64,000 nt of DNA from Mobula hypostoma (Eukaryota), in NCBI RefSeq assembly GCF_963921235.1, contig NC_086109.1:38008001-38072000 (forward strand). Direction: 5' to 3'. Position numbers and translations under genes: made by a program. This document shows, one piece after another, positions 26,651 through 38,840 of the stretch (position 1 is the stretch's first letter; each line of letters opens with the position of its first letter). The notes under the pieces are model-generated. The model had not been told where the DNA came from. It saw nothing but the letters and a program-made list of their open reading frames with translations, and ran no database searches.

Positions 26651-27117
26651 GGTAAAAGGTGAATCATTTCCAGTATCAACTATCAAACAGAACTTTATTT
26701 ATGATGAGTTTTCAAACCTTAAAATAACCAACTAAAAGATGGCCTGTTGCTCATTAAGATTTACTGAGGTTCAAACTAGTAGAATGCAGGAGGCGAAGGA
26801 TAGAATGATCAAGTGAAATTAAGAGGGAGAATTAAAATAAAAGCAGAAAGTGCTGGAACTTCTCAATGTGTTAGTCTGCACCTGAGGGAAAAGAAACAGG
26901 GCTAGTACTTGTTGCCTGAATGCATACAAATTCCTTTTGTGTACCAAATATAGAGGAAACTGCAAGATAACGATTCTAACAAAGGTGGATGGATGCATGG
27001 ATTGTCAAAAGATATTACATAAGATGCCACATATAATGTTATTACTGAAGGTTAGACCTCATAGTATCATAGCAATATATTAGCAAGGATAGTTAAATGA
27101 GGGAGGAAGAATAAAAA

Positions 27118-28139
27118 ACACACACAAAATGCTGGTGGAACGCAGCAGGCCAGGCAGCATCTCTAGGTACAGTCGACGTTTCGTGCTGAGACCCTTCGTC
27201 AGGACTAACTGAAAGAAGAGATAGTAAGAGATTCGGAAGTGGGAGGGGGATGGGGAGATCCGAAACGATAGGAGAAGACAGGAGGGGGAGGGATGGAGCT
27301 AAGAGCTGGAAAGTTGATTGGCAAAAGGGATACGAGGCTGGAGAAGGGAGAGGATCGTGGGACAGGAAGCCTAGGGAGAAAGAAAGGGGGGGGGGGAGCA
27401 CCAGAGGAAGATGGAGAGCAGGCAAGGAGTTATTGTGAGAGAGATAGAGAGAGAAAAGAGAGAGAGTAAAAAAAGGAAAAATAATAAACAAACAAACAAA
27501 CAAATACAAAGTACATAAATAAATAAATACATAAATAAATAAGGGATGGGGTAGGAAGGGGAGGAGGGGCATTAACGTAAGTTAGAGAAGTCAATGTCCA
27601 TGCCATCAGGTTGGAGGCTACCCAGACAGAATATAAGGTGTTGTTCCTCCAACCTGAGTGTGGCTTCATCTTGACAGTAGAGGAGGCCATGGATAGACAT
27701 ATCAGAATGGGAATGGGACATGGAATTAAAATGTATGGCCACTGGGAGATCTCTTTCTCTTTTTTCTCTCTCTGTCCCTTTCACAATAACTCATTGCCTG
27801 CTCTCCATCTTCCTCTGATGCTCCCCTCCCCCTTTCTTTCTCCCTAGGCTCCCGTCCCATGATCTTCTCCTTTCTCCAGCCTTGTATCCCTTTTGCCAAT
27901 CAACTTTCCAGCTCAAAGTTCCATGCCTCCCCCTCCTGTCTTCTCCTATCGTTTCGGATCTCCTCCTCCCCCTCCCATTTTCAAATCTCTTACTATCTCT
28001 TCTTTCAGTTAGTCCTGATGAAGCTTCTCGGCCCGAAACGTTGACTGTACCTCTTCCTATAGATGCTGCCTGGCCTGCTGCGTTCCACCAGCATTTTGTG
28101 TGTGTTGCCTGAATTTCCAGCATCTGCTGATTTCCTCGT
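27118..28139. mobile_element. Fold-back Penelope-like insertion (inverted pLTRs) with 13-bp TSD
   Basis: TSD GGAAGAATAAAAA at 27105-27117 and 28140-28152; about 27120-27470 is the reverse complement of about 27755-28105; the spacer encodes DLPVAIHFNS..RLEEQHLIFCLGSLQPDGM on the minus strand. Confidence 0.9.
27171..27206 (-). ncRNA. Minimal type I hammerhead ribozyme motif (intact core, GUC cleavage triplet)
   Basis: Minus strand AGTC-CTGACGA-AGGGTCTCAGCAC-GAAA-C-GTC-GACT. AGUC/GACU forms helix I; palindromic ACGU forms a minimal helix III; helix II has a mismatch. Confidence 0.7.
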
Positions 28140-28539
28140 GGAAGAATAAAAAAGATGTTTTTGTCCTGACAAAAGGTTATTATTCTAACACTTCTTTTTT
28201 TCCAACAGATGCAGCTGGATCTGTGAAGTAGTTTCAGTTTTAATTTCATATTTCTAGCAACTACAGTGTTCTGCTATTGGTTTTCTTTTCCAAGACAGCA
28301 GGGCAGAACCAATCAGTGTGCGCACTACTTAGGGAGGGAGATTGAACAGAATAGATCCAAATTTTCTAGAATTTTGAAGATGAGAATTGATCTAGTTAAA
28401 ATATACAGAACTCTCAGAAGATTCAATGATCATACGTTGTTTCCTCTGGTGGAGAATCTTGAATAATGATTTGGGATAAGAGATTGACGATATGAGATCA
28501 ATTTGTAGAAACATACTCTTGTTCAGTTTGCATGCTATT

Positions 28540-30056
28540 TACAGTCTACAAATGAGTTTGGTAAGTTTGCTGAGTCTCTTGCGATGATTTTGCATCATCA
28601 ATAGGGATGGGAGAAGTACATGAGGATTGGAGGGTTGCAGATGTTGTTCCATTGTCCAAGAAAGAGAGTAGAGATAACCCAGGAAGTTACAGACCAGTGA
28701 GTCTGACTTCAGTGGGGTGCAAGTTGTTGGGGAAGATCCTGAGTAGCACAATTAATGAGCATTTGGAGAGACATAATCTGACTGGGGATAGCATGGCTCT
28801 GTCAAGGGCATGTCCTGCCTTATTCTTTGAGGACGTAACAAAACACATTGATGAGAGTAGAGCAGTGAATGCAGTGTATATGGGTTTCAGTAAAGCATTT
28901 GATAAGGTTCCCCATGCAAGACTCCTTCAGAAAGTAAGGAGGCATGGGATCCAAGGAGACCTTGCTCTGTGGGTTCAGAATTGGCTTGCCCACAGAAGGG
29001 AAAATGTAGTTGTAGATGGTTCGCATTCTGCATGGAGGTTGGTGACAATGGTATTCCATAGGGTTTTGTTCTGGGATCCCTCCTCTTTATGATTTTATAA
29101 ATGACCTGGATGAGGAAGTAGAGGGGTGGGTTAGTAAGTTTGCTGATGACACAAAGATTGGGGGTGTTGTGGATAGTCTGGATGGTTGTCAGAGGTTACA
29201 GCGGGACATCGATAGGAGGCAGAACTGGGCTGAGAAGTGGTAGATGGACTTCAGCCCAGCTAAGTGTGAAGTGGTTCATTTTGATAGGTCAAATTTGATG
29301 ACAGAATATAATATAAATGGTAAAAATCTTGACAGTGTGAAGGATCTGAGAGATCTTGGGGTCTGCGTCAATAGGACACTCAAAGCTGCTGCGCAGGTTG
29401 ACAGGGTTGTTAAGAAGATGTATGGTATGTTGACATTCATCAACCATGGGATTGAGTTCAAGAGCTGTGAGGTAATATTACAGCTATATAAGACCTTGGT
29501 CAGACCCCACTTGGAGTATTGTGTTCAGTTCTGGTCACCTCACTACAGGAAAGATGTGGATACTGTAGAGAGAGTGCAGAGGAGATTTACAAGGATGTTG
29601 CCTGGATTGGAGGGTGTACCTTGTGAGAATAGATTGAGTACTTGACCTTTTCTCCTTTGGAGCGACGGAGGATGAGAGGTGAACTGACAGAGGTGTATAA
29701 GATGATGAGGGGCATTGATCATGTGGATAGCCAGAGGCTTTTTCCCAGGGCTGAAATGGCTAACATGAGGGGCCATTGTTTTAAGGTGCTTGGAAATAGG
29801 TACCGAGGGGATGTCAGGGGTAAGTTTTTCACACACAGGGTGGTGGGTGCATGGAATGCACTGCCAGTGGTGGTGGTGGTAGAAGCGGATACAATAGGGT
29901 CTTTTAAGAGCCTCTTAGATAGATACATGTAGCTTAGAAAAATAGAGGGCTATGAGCTAGGGAAATTCTAGGCAGTTTTGAGAGTAGGTTACATGGTCGG
30001 CACAACATTGTGGGCCAAAGGGCCCGTAACGTGCTGTAAATTTCTATGTTCTATGT
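28540..30056 (+). mobile_element. 5'-truncated CR1 LINE
   Basis: EDWRVADVVPL..PGSYRPVSLTS, FSKAFDKVPH, LVRPHLEYCVQFWSP; tail TTCTATGTTCTATG. Confidence 0.9.
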
Positions 30057-30306
30057 TTAAATTTAATGATTACATTAATTAAATACGGAAATGAGCCATG
30101 GAGAGGAGATAAATAGGCACGGAGTGATAGAGATGATTTAAATAATTGGGCAAGTAGATAGTAGAAACTCAATTTATCTTTTAACAGATGATACTCGACC
30201 AAATGTTTTGTGTGCAGAGAGGTCTAGGAGAATTTACACGTGACTTAGAGAGAGCGTTATACAGCATAGAAAGAGTCCTTCAACCATCTCATCCAAGATT
30301 CCCACC

Positions 30307-31082
30307 TGTAGACCCCCACCCACCCACAGCCCCATAATTCTCATTGTCCCTATCTGGCAGTATTGATCTTATGCTTATCGGGCGCACTTGCTTGGCTAAT
30401 GCGTAGCATGGACATTTGTGTTTGTACTTGCACACTCCAGCGCGATGACATTCTTTATCGTATCCTGTTGTTGCCTTCAGTTTCAAGAAAGATGACTGCC
30501 GGGTGGGGTGCCTTTAAAAATGTGCCTGCTTGTGGTGGTGGCACATGATCTGTGCTGGCACAGTGGAATAGTTCAGGCTGAGAATGAGGACGAGTGCTGA
30601 CTGCTGGAAAAAAATGTTAGTTGTTGATTGATTTTGTTGTGCGGCGCCATTGTGATCTTATTGTGATGAAGGTATTTGTGATTGTGAAGGAGGATGTAAA
30701 ATCCTGTGTTTTGTTTTTTTTTGTGTAGACGTTCAGGCTCATGGTAATGATTTGCCCCCCGCATTCGAAGGAACGGACGATGCATTTTCTTCTCGAGTAG
30801 GGAGATCCTGACTGAAGGGAATCGTCGTGACAGGTTTGAGTTCCCAAAGGAGAATAGTGTCTGGGTTTTGGCTGTCTGAGTACAGGACACATCAGCAAAG
30901 ATTGCAGCAAGCATCGCAGAATGCCACTGTCCTGGAGAGTGTAAGTACGAAAAGAAGTGCCCATGCTGCACGTAGCGTGTGCCGTCGATAAGTAAAATGT
31001 AAGCACAATCGGGTAGGGATAATGAGAGTTACGGGGCTACTGGAGGGATGGGAGGGAGGAGGAAATTACTTGTGGCAGACCA
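30307..31082. mobile_element. Unclassified 776-bp insertion with TG...CA ends, 5-bp TSD and diverged internal inverted arms
   Basis: CCACC at 30302-30306 and 31083-31087; removing the insert rebuilds a CR1-tail-like CCAAGATTCCCACCAAAGCTAGCCCCATTTGC. About 30325-30455 is an imperfect reverse complement of about 30915-31040. Confidence 0.6.
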
Positions 31083-31121
31083 CCACCAAAGCTAGCCCCA
31101 TTTGCTCGTGCTTGGCCCAAA

Positions 31122-32130
31122 TCTGAGTCTGAGTCTGAGTCTGAAGCCTCCAATTGACTAGAGTGACCATGGATATTGCGTCCTAGCTGTCTAGATACGC
31201 AAGCCTGGGCAGTGCGATATGGAGAGCAAGCTGCTGCCCATGTGGCAAGCTCCCCCTCTCCACGCATTTAATGAACCCAAAGGAACAGTACAAACCGATA
31301 CAGTTTGGTACCAGCAGCATTGCAGGAATTGCCAGTCAGCATTAAACTCATTGGAGGACTGCCTTAGGGACTCCAGCTCTGGATGTAAGCCTTCCCCACG
31401 AGTGAGTATAGCCACAAGGCAGTGGAGGCTGCAGATCAGAGTTTTCCTTCTAGATGAGCTGCCAACCACAGCTGACGAGCCCCATCTGCCCACAGCGACT
31501 GGTTTTCCCTTCTCCTGTCAGTAGAAATGGTTCCATTGGGCTTAGTAGCTAAGCCACACATGAAGGCCAGGAGCTGGACTTGGTTGCCAGAGGCTATTTG
31601 AGGTGCACGCCATTGGGAGAGTTTAATAGGTAGTGAGGGCTTGTCCCCATTACCTGCCCTGAATATAACAGCCTTAAGGAACCTTGACCCATATGTGTCT
31701 AGGTACCATATCCGATGCAGACTTTGGTGACTGTGGTTTTCCATATAGATCTATCCTTCATTTTTTAGATGACTTCCATTTCCTTGATGTGTAGACACCT
31801 GGCTATGCTTTTGATGTACATAAGCTGAGGTCTTTCTCTAGGTTTACTCCCCTCAATCTTTCCAGAGAGTATGAGTTTTTCTAGTTCATCTTTCTGCATG
31901 ATGTGTCCTAGGAATCTGAGTTGTCTTTCTCTTATTGTTGGTATGAGTGATCGAACTGCTTGGGCTCTTCTGATGTCTTTCTGGAGATGACCATGCTTTC
32001 TGTCTTCTTGGTGTTGATTGAGAGGCCTTTGCAATTACTTTCTGCTGCCACTATAGTGAGTAGTTCTTGAAGTTTTGTTTCTGAGTCAGCTATTATTAAG
32101 ATGTCATCAGCATATATGATGTTATTTATA
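31122..32130 (-). mobile_element. RTE-clade LINE, truncated and internally deleted
   Basis: NINNIIYADDILIIADSETKLQELL..GLSINTKKT and IRERQLRFLGHIMQKDELEKLILSGKIEG; (TCAGAC)n tail at 31122-31143; probable TSD TTGGCCCA(A/T)AT at about 31112 and 32135. Confidence 0.85.
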
Positions 32131-32229
32131 TTATTTGGCCCATATACCTCCAGATATATCCTATCCATGTATATGTCCAAGTGATTTCCTGAAAATAATC
32201 ATGTAAGTACAGCAAATTATTACAAAGTC

Positions 32230-32580
32230 TGGTTTAATGGCTCAGATGTGAGACTTTGCCAGAGCATACTGTACATTTGCCTGGCCCACTTTGCCCTCAT
32301 ATTGAACGACACCTTCAACATCTCACGCTTACTCTAGATCAAAGGTGAAGCTCTGGGCACTCACATGGGTCCAAGCTACACTTGTCTTTTTTTATGGGAT
32401 AAATGGAATGGTTAAAGTCCTACTTCAGCTAATTCCTCCAACTCTTTCTCCAACTTGTGAATGAATGTATGGGCATCATTTTTTGTGCTTACGCAGAACT
32501 TGAAAGTCTTACTACTTTTGCTGCCAATTTTCACCATGTTCACAACTTAACGTGGTTCATTATTTTCTCTTCTTATTTCA
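32230..32580 (+). mobile_element. Old Penelope-like RT fragment
   Basis: CTGGGCACTCACATGGGTCCAAGCTAC reads GTHMGPSY, like AMGTRMGPSYA at about 42450. Confidence 0.6.
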
Positions 32581-32671
32581 AGAGATTGTTTCCTTGGATG
32601 AGAAAATTGTCCTGTGAAGGGAGATCAAACAGAACAGATCCAAACTTTATCGAATTTGGAAGATGAAAATT

Positions 32672-33303
32672 GATCAGAATCAGAATCAGGTTTATTATCG
32701 CCAGCATGTGTCATGAAATGTGTTATCTTAGCAGAAGCAGTTCAATGCAATACATAATATAGAAGAAGATAGACAGATAAGTAAATAAGTAAATAAATAG
32801 ATCCAGTACTGTAATAAGTAATTACTATATACATATATTGAATAGATTAAAAATCGTGCAAAAAATTAATAAATATTAAAAATGTTAGGTAGAGTTCACA
32901 GGTTCATGGAATCGGATGGTGGAAGGGAAGAATCTGTTGCTGAATCGCTGAGTTTGTGCCTTCAGGCTTCTGTACCTCCTACCTGATGGTAACTGAGAAA
33001 AGGGCATGCCCCTGGGTGCTGGAGGTCCTTAATAATAGATGCTGCCTGTCTGAGATACCGCTCCTTGAAGATGTCCTGGGTAGTTTGTAGGCTAGTACCT
33101 AAGATGGAGCCAACTAAATTTACAACCCTCTGCAGCTTCTTTCAGTCCTGTGCAGTAGCCTTCTCCCCGCCCCCCCCGCCCCCGCCACCACACCAGACAG
33201 TGATGCCTGTCAGAATGCTCTCAATGATACATCTATAGAAGTTTTTAAGTGCATTTGCTGACATACCAAATCTCTTCAAAGTCCTAATGAAGTGAAGTCG
33301 CTG
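32672..33303 (-). mobile_element. Rex1/Babar-type LINE 3' fragment
   Basis: QRLHFIRTLKRFGMSANALKNFYRCIIESILTG; (TCTGAT)n tail. Confidence 0.8.
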
Positions 33304-33659
33304 TGTATAGTCGATTGTGGGAATTAAACCATGTAGACTTCTCAGAAGGTTCGATGATAAGATGCTGTTTCCTTTGGTGGAGTGTGTAGAATGATGATTT
33401 GGGATAAGAAATTTATAGTGCGGGGTTGAGCTATGGAGACATAACTCTTGTTCAGAGAGTATGGTGAACCTCTGAAATTTGCCATCACAGAAGGCTGAGG
33501 GCACTTAATCAAAGGGTATATTTCAAAGCTTTTGCTGCAATCTTTATTACTTTTCAATAGGATTGTGTGTAGAGATTAGTGGGAAGGCAAAAACAGTGTT
33601 AGAAGTGGTTGCACAAAGAACCAGAGTCTCAGATAATAAATAGATATAAATGCTGAAAA

Positions 33660-34410
33660 ATGATGGAACATTAGATCTGATTCAATGTGTCACCATGTCG
33701 GAGGTGGCAAAAAAGGCAAAGAATCATCCACTGAGTGCAGACACTGGTTAGATAGAAATTGGCCTGGGGGTGTCCTGTTGTGTTTCCAGCAGCAAGAAGA
33801 ACTGATGAGAATGATGTAGGAGAAATGTGGTGAGCACAGTTCTGCCAACTTTCACCTGAAGAAAAAGAGATGCAGAATGGAGACATCGATGTGGAGCATG
33901 GAGTTATCAGGGCAGGTACGGCAGATATAGAGAAACGATATGGATGGAATAGAGTCCATATAGTCATCAAGTAGGAGCAGATATATTCAAGGTCTATACG
34001 GAATAGTATTTGATAATCTGTCCCCAGAAATGGAGACAAAAAAGTTAAGACAGGGAATGCATGAGCTGAAGATGGATCCTGTAAATGCAAGGAAGAGTAG
34101 AAATTGCAAATAAAGCTCATACTATTTTCTAGTATGAGCAGAGGCTGGAAGTAACACAGGTAAATTTGTGAATGTACGTGAGTAGAGCTGCAACAAAAAA
34201 CACTATCTTATGTCTCATGAGAAAGGAGGCAGAGCTGTGATCAGTAATTTCCCCATTGTGTCAGTATTTGTTCAATGGAATTAATGATGCATGGTCTCAA
34301 TCTGAAACATTGACCATCCCCCTGCTTCAACAGATACTGCCTGACCCACTGAATTCATCCAGCTGTTTTTGTTTTTGCTGCAGATTACAGTGTCTGTATT
34401 TTCTTGAGTT
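33660..34410. mobile_element. Old Penelope-like remnants
   Basis: Weak similarity to 41800-42400 (minus strand) and a degenerate hammerhead-cassette tail at about 34290-34410. Confidence 0.45.
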
Positions 34411-34609
34411 TTGATATTGCCTTTTAAGCAATTTGTATTATGGAAAATTACAACAGACCGGCAGCTTCAGGGAACAAGTAGCCCATTTTTAACTTCAGTA
34501 CCCATGTCATGCCCTGCTTTTGGTCTGTAAACAGATAGGTTTCATGTGCTCAATTGCCTCCCCAATTCACATTTCAGAAATATTTCTACTACTTCTGCTA
34601 TGGGCTTTA

Positions 34610-35145
34610 AGAAGTGAGCAGTTGTGGGTCCCTTATTTATGAAAAGATCTCCTGGCATTGGAGAGGTTCATGAGAATGTTTCCAGAAATGAAGGGGTTAA
34701 CATATGAGGAGCATTTGATGGTTCTGGGTCATTACTCGCTGGAGTTTAGAAGATTGAGGGGGAATTTCATTGAAACTTATCAAATATTGAAAGGCCTAGA
34801 TAGAGTGGATATGATAAGAATGTTTCCTATATTGGGGGAGTCTAGGACCAGAGGGACAGACTCAGAATAGGGGGCTGTCTCTAGAACAAGATGAGGAGGA
34901 ATTTCATTAGCTAGATGGTGATGGACCTATGGAATTCATTGCCACAGATGGCCATGGAGGCCAAGTCATTGGATATATTTAGCGTGGTGATAGGTAGGTT
35001 CTTGATTATTAAGGGATATCAAAAGTTATGGGAGTAAGACAGAAGAATGAGAGGGATAATAAATCAGCCATGATGGAATGGTGAAGCAGACTTGACATGC
35101 CAAGTGGCCTGATTCTGCCCCTATGTCTTATGATCTTATGGTCTG
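34610..35145 (+). mobile_element. CR1 3' fragment
   Basis: MKGLTYEEHL..YSLEFRRLRG..GESRTRG; tail TCTTATGATCTTATGG. Confidence 0.85.
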
Positions 35146-35574
35146 AGGTTGTCTGAAATGTTGGTGATTCATTTATGACAAAGTTGTAATCTTAAATTAT
35201 TTCTTAGTTCCTTCACATTCTTTCCAATCTCATCTTGATCCTACATCTTACTTTTTTGCCCTTTTATACCCACTAAATCACTGACAACCAAATTTCTTTT
35301 ACTAGGTTCCATGTTACTTGAAATTATTAATGATATTCCTTCCTTAGATGCTGTTCTAATTTCCTTCATATCCACTATCACTCCTTCCTTAATGAATGGG
35401 GCCTTGATCCCTCCACCCTTGTGAATTATGGCCCCACCTCTAATTTACTCCTCCTGTGTAAATACATGGTGTAAACTTAAAATCTAGTTTGTTTTTCTTA
35501 GAACTCTTTGCCTGAAACATATCAATCAGCACTGCAGCAATAAATGACCTAACAGAGTCAGCAGTATGAAGAGT

Positions 35575-35675
35575 AACACACACATTACAAAATGCTGAAG
35601 GAACTCAGCAGGTCAGGTAGTGTCTATGGAAAGGAATAAACAATTAACGTTTTGGGCCGAGACCCTTCATCAGTA
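35575..35675 (-). mobile_element. Short PLE-derived hammerhead cassette
   Basis: Reverse complement reads CTGATGAAGGGTCTCGGCCCAAAACGTT. Confidence 0.7.
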
Positions 35676-35849
35676 CGTGAACAGTATCAAGATTACTTTG
35701 ATGATCTATCATCCTTTATCATTCATTCGCTTGTCCATTGTTTTCATAACGGTTGACCACAACATTTGCTTCTAACCCCTCTATACCATTAAACAGCCAG
35801 AGGGATTACCAATCGATGTTGCATGCAACCGTTATCAGAGATCAGTGTT

Positions 35850-37680
35850 ATGCTTACACAGCTATAGGAACTATATCATTATTCTAGACAGGGTGCAGAA
35901 AAGATTCTTGTGGATGTTACTGAGACTGGAAGGTTTGAGTTATAAGGAGAAGCTGGAAAGGCTGGGATATTTTTCCCTGGAGTGTAGGAGGCTGAGGTGT
36001 GACCTTATAGTGGTATATAAAACCAGGTGTAGATAAGCTGGGTGGTCACACACATTTTCCCAGAATAGAGCAGTCTTAAACTATAGAGGGCTTAGATTTA
36101 AGGCGAGTGGAGAAAAGTCTTACAAGGGACCTGAGGAACAACTTTTTCACACAAGAGGGTGGGTGGTATATGCATTGAATGAGCTGCCAAAGGAGCTCTA
36201 GAAGTAAGTACAATTACAATGTTTAAAAGACATTTGGATAGGTACATAGATAGAAAAGGTTAATAGAAAATGGATAGAAAAGGCCAGATTTTGGAACAGC
36301 TTCTTTCCAACTGTGATAAGACTGCCGAACGGATCCTGACCCGGATCTGGGCCGTACCATCCAACTATCTGGACCTGCCTCTCAGTTTTTTTGCACTACC
36401 TTACTTTCCATTTTCTATTTTCTATTTAGTCATAGTCATAGTCATACTTTATTGATCCCAGGGGAAATTGGTTTTCGTTACAGTTGCTCCATAAGTAATA
36501 AATAGTAATAGAACCATAAATAGTTAAATAGTAATATGTAAATTATGCCAGTAAATTATGAAATAAGTCCAGGACCAGCCTATTGGCTCAAGGTGTCTGA
36601 CCTTCCAAGGGAGGAGTTGTAAAGTTTGAAGGCCACAGGCAGGAATGACTTCCTATGACGCTCTGTGTTGCATCTCGGTGGAATGAGTCTCTGGCTGAAT
36701 GTACTCCTGTGCCCACCCAGTACATTATGTAGTGGATGGGAGACATTGACCAAGATGGCATGCAACTTAGACAGCATCCTCTTTTCAGACACCACTGTGG
36801 GAGAGTCAAGTTCCATTCCCACAACATCACTGGCCTTAAGAATGAGTTTGTTGATTCTGTTGGTGTCTGCCACCCTCAGCCTGCTGCCTCAGCACACAAG
36901 AGCAAACATGATAGCACTGGTCACCACAGACTCGTAGAACATCCTCAGCATCGTCCGGCAGACGTTAAAGGACCTCAGTCTCCTCAGGAAATAGAGACGG
37001 CTCTGACCTTTCTTGTAGACAGCCTCAGTGTTCTTTGACCAGTCCAGTTTATTGTCAATTCGTATCCCCAGGTATCTGTAATCCTCCACCATGTCCACAT
37101 ACTGACCCCCTAGATGGAAACAGGGGTCACCGGTACCTTAGCTCTCCTCAGGTCTACCACCAGCTCCTAGGTCTTTTTCACATTAAGCTGCAGATAATTC
37201 TGCTCACACCATATGACAAAGTTTCCTACCGTAGCCCTGTACTCAGCCTCAACTCCCTTGCTGCTGCATCCAACTATGGCAGAGACATCCGAAAACTTCT
37301 GAAGATGACAAGACTCTGTGCAGTAGTTGAAGTCCGAGGTGTAAATGGTGAAGAGAAAGGGAGACAAGACAGTCCCCTGTGGAGCCCCAGTGCTGCTGAT
37401 CACTCTGTCGGACACATAGAAATTTATGATTTCTAATTTAAATTTTTAATATTTACTATCGATTTGTACTCCAGGGAGTGGGAAGCGCAGAATCAAATAT
37501 CACTGTGATGATTGTACGTTCTAGTATCAATTGTTTGGCGACAATAAAGTATAAAGTAAGTAAATAAGGATATGTGCCAATTGTAGGCAAATAGAACTAG
37601 TTCAAAGAGGCACTTTGGATTCCATGAATGAGTTATGCAAAGGACCTACTTCCGGGCTAAACTACTCTGACTCTGCTTCT
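35850..37680 (+). mobile_element. CR1 3' fragment hosting two nested LINE insertions
   Basis: LDRVQKRF..LEGLSYKEKLERLGYFSLECRRLR at 35850-36270; CR1-like tail resumes at about 37560. Confidence 0.65.
36428..37416 (-). mobile_element. Young Rex1/Babar-type LINE, 5'-truncated (RT C-terminal half)
   Basis: STGAPQGTVLSPFLFTIYTSDF..LQKFSD, YRYLGIRIDNKLDWSKN..KKGQSRLYFLRRLRSF, PRCNTERHRKSFLP; (TATGAC)n tail. Confidence 0.88.
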
Positions 37681-38049
37681 TATCTATGTGGTCTTCCGGA
37701 TAGGATTAATCCCAAAAACAATGTCAGTTTCCACATCTCTTGCCCACTGTAATGTGTATAAGTATTTAAACTTAGTTCATATTCTGAACTGCATGAGCAG
37801 AAACTTCTTCTAATTAAATACTGACAGCAGCAAAGCCATTTTCTTGCATTCATGCCCTAGACTCCACAGCCATTATCTTATTCATATGAATTTGAATAGT
37901 CTAAATCATAGTCAAATTTGATTTAGAGTGGACTATTGAACTGCAATCACAATGATGCCATATCTACTTGTGTTCTAAGCAAATCAAGTGTTCCTGGAGA
38001 ACAGGTATAGCTCATCGAGCCCTCCTTTGGATTTGGCCAGTGGATACAT

Positions 38050-38840
38050 CTATGCTGGGTTACCATTGGAGGAGGGGGAGATGGTCAGTAGCTATAAATT
38101 CCTTGGTGTTAACAAGTCAGAGAGTCTGTCCTGGAACCAGCACATAAGTGCCATCACAAAGATGGCACAACAGCACCTCTACTTTCTTAGAAGTTTGTGT
38201 AGATTTGGCATGTCAACAAAACCTTTGACAAAATTCTATAAATGCACTGTGGAGAGTTTCCTAACTGGTTGCATCACTGGTATTGAACCACTAGTGCCCA
38301 GGAACATAAAAGGCTACACGAAGTGGTAAATACAGCCCAATCCATCACAGGCAAAGTACTCTGCCATTGAGTAACCTTGAGTACATATAAATGGGGCATT
38401 GCCTGAAGAAAACACTATCCATCATCAAAGGTCCCTACCACCTAGGCCATGGTCTTGTCTTGCTATTGCCATCAGACAGGAGGAACAGAAGCCTGATGTT
38501 TCACGCCACCAGGTTTAGACACAATTATTACCCTACAACCATCACTCCTGAACCAGCGTGGATAATGTCATTCACCACCACTCTGAACTGATTCTATTAC
38601 TTAAAGGCTCATTTCAAGGACTCATTTCAACTCATGTTTTCAATGTTATATTTTGCACAGTTTGTCATCTTTTGCACATTGTTTGGTTGTCAGTCTTGTC
38701 TGTTTATGACTCGTTTTTAATAAAACTCTATTGTATTTCTTTTTCCTGAAAATGCTTGCAAGAAAATGAACCTCAAGGTAGTATATGGTAATATATACAG
38801 TATGCACTTAGATTAAAAAAAATTACTTTGAGCTTTGAAC
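38050..38840 (+). mobile_element. Rex1/Babar-type LINE 3' fragment
   Basis: VSSYKFLGVN..LSWNQHI..AQQHLYFLRSLCRFGM..FYKCTVESFLTGCIT. Confidence 0.8.

Noticed and set aside
30880..31006. Vague papillomavirus E7-like Cys spacing in the 129-aa minus-strand ORF
   Set aside because: No CxxC-x29-CxxC pattern; the resemblance is not supportable.
30307..31082. Deltavirus- or viroid-like rod structure
   Set aside because: Complementarity is limited to ~130-nt arms, the mismatches are not clearly biased to G-U pairs, and the centre does not pair.
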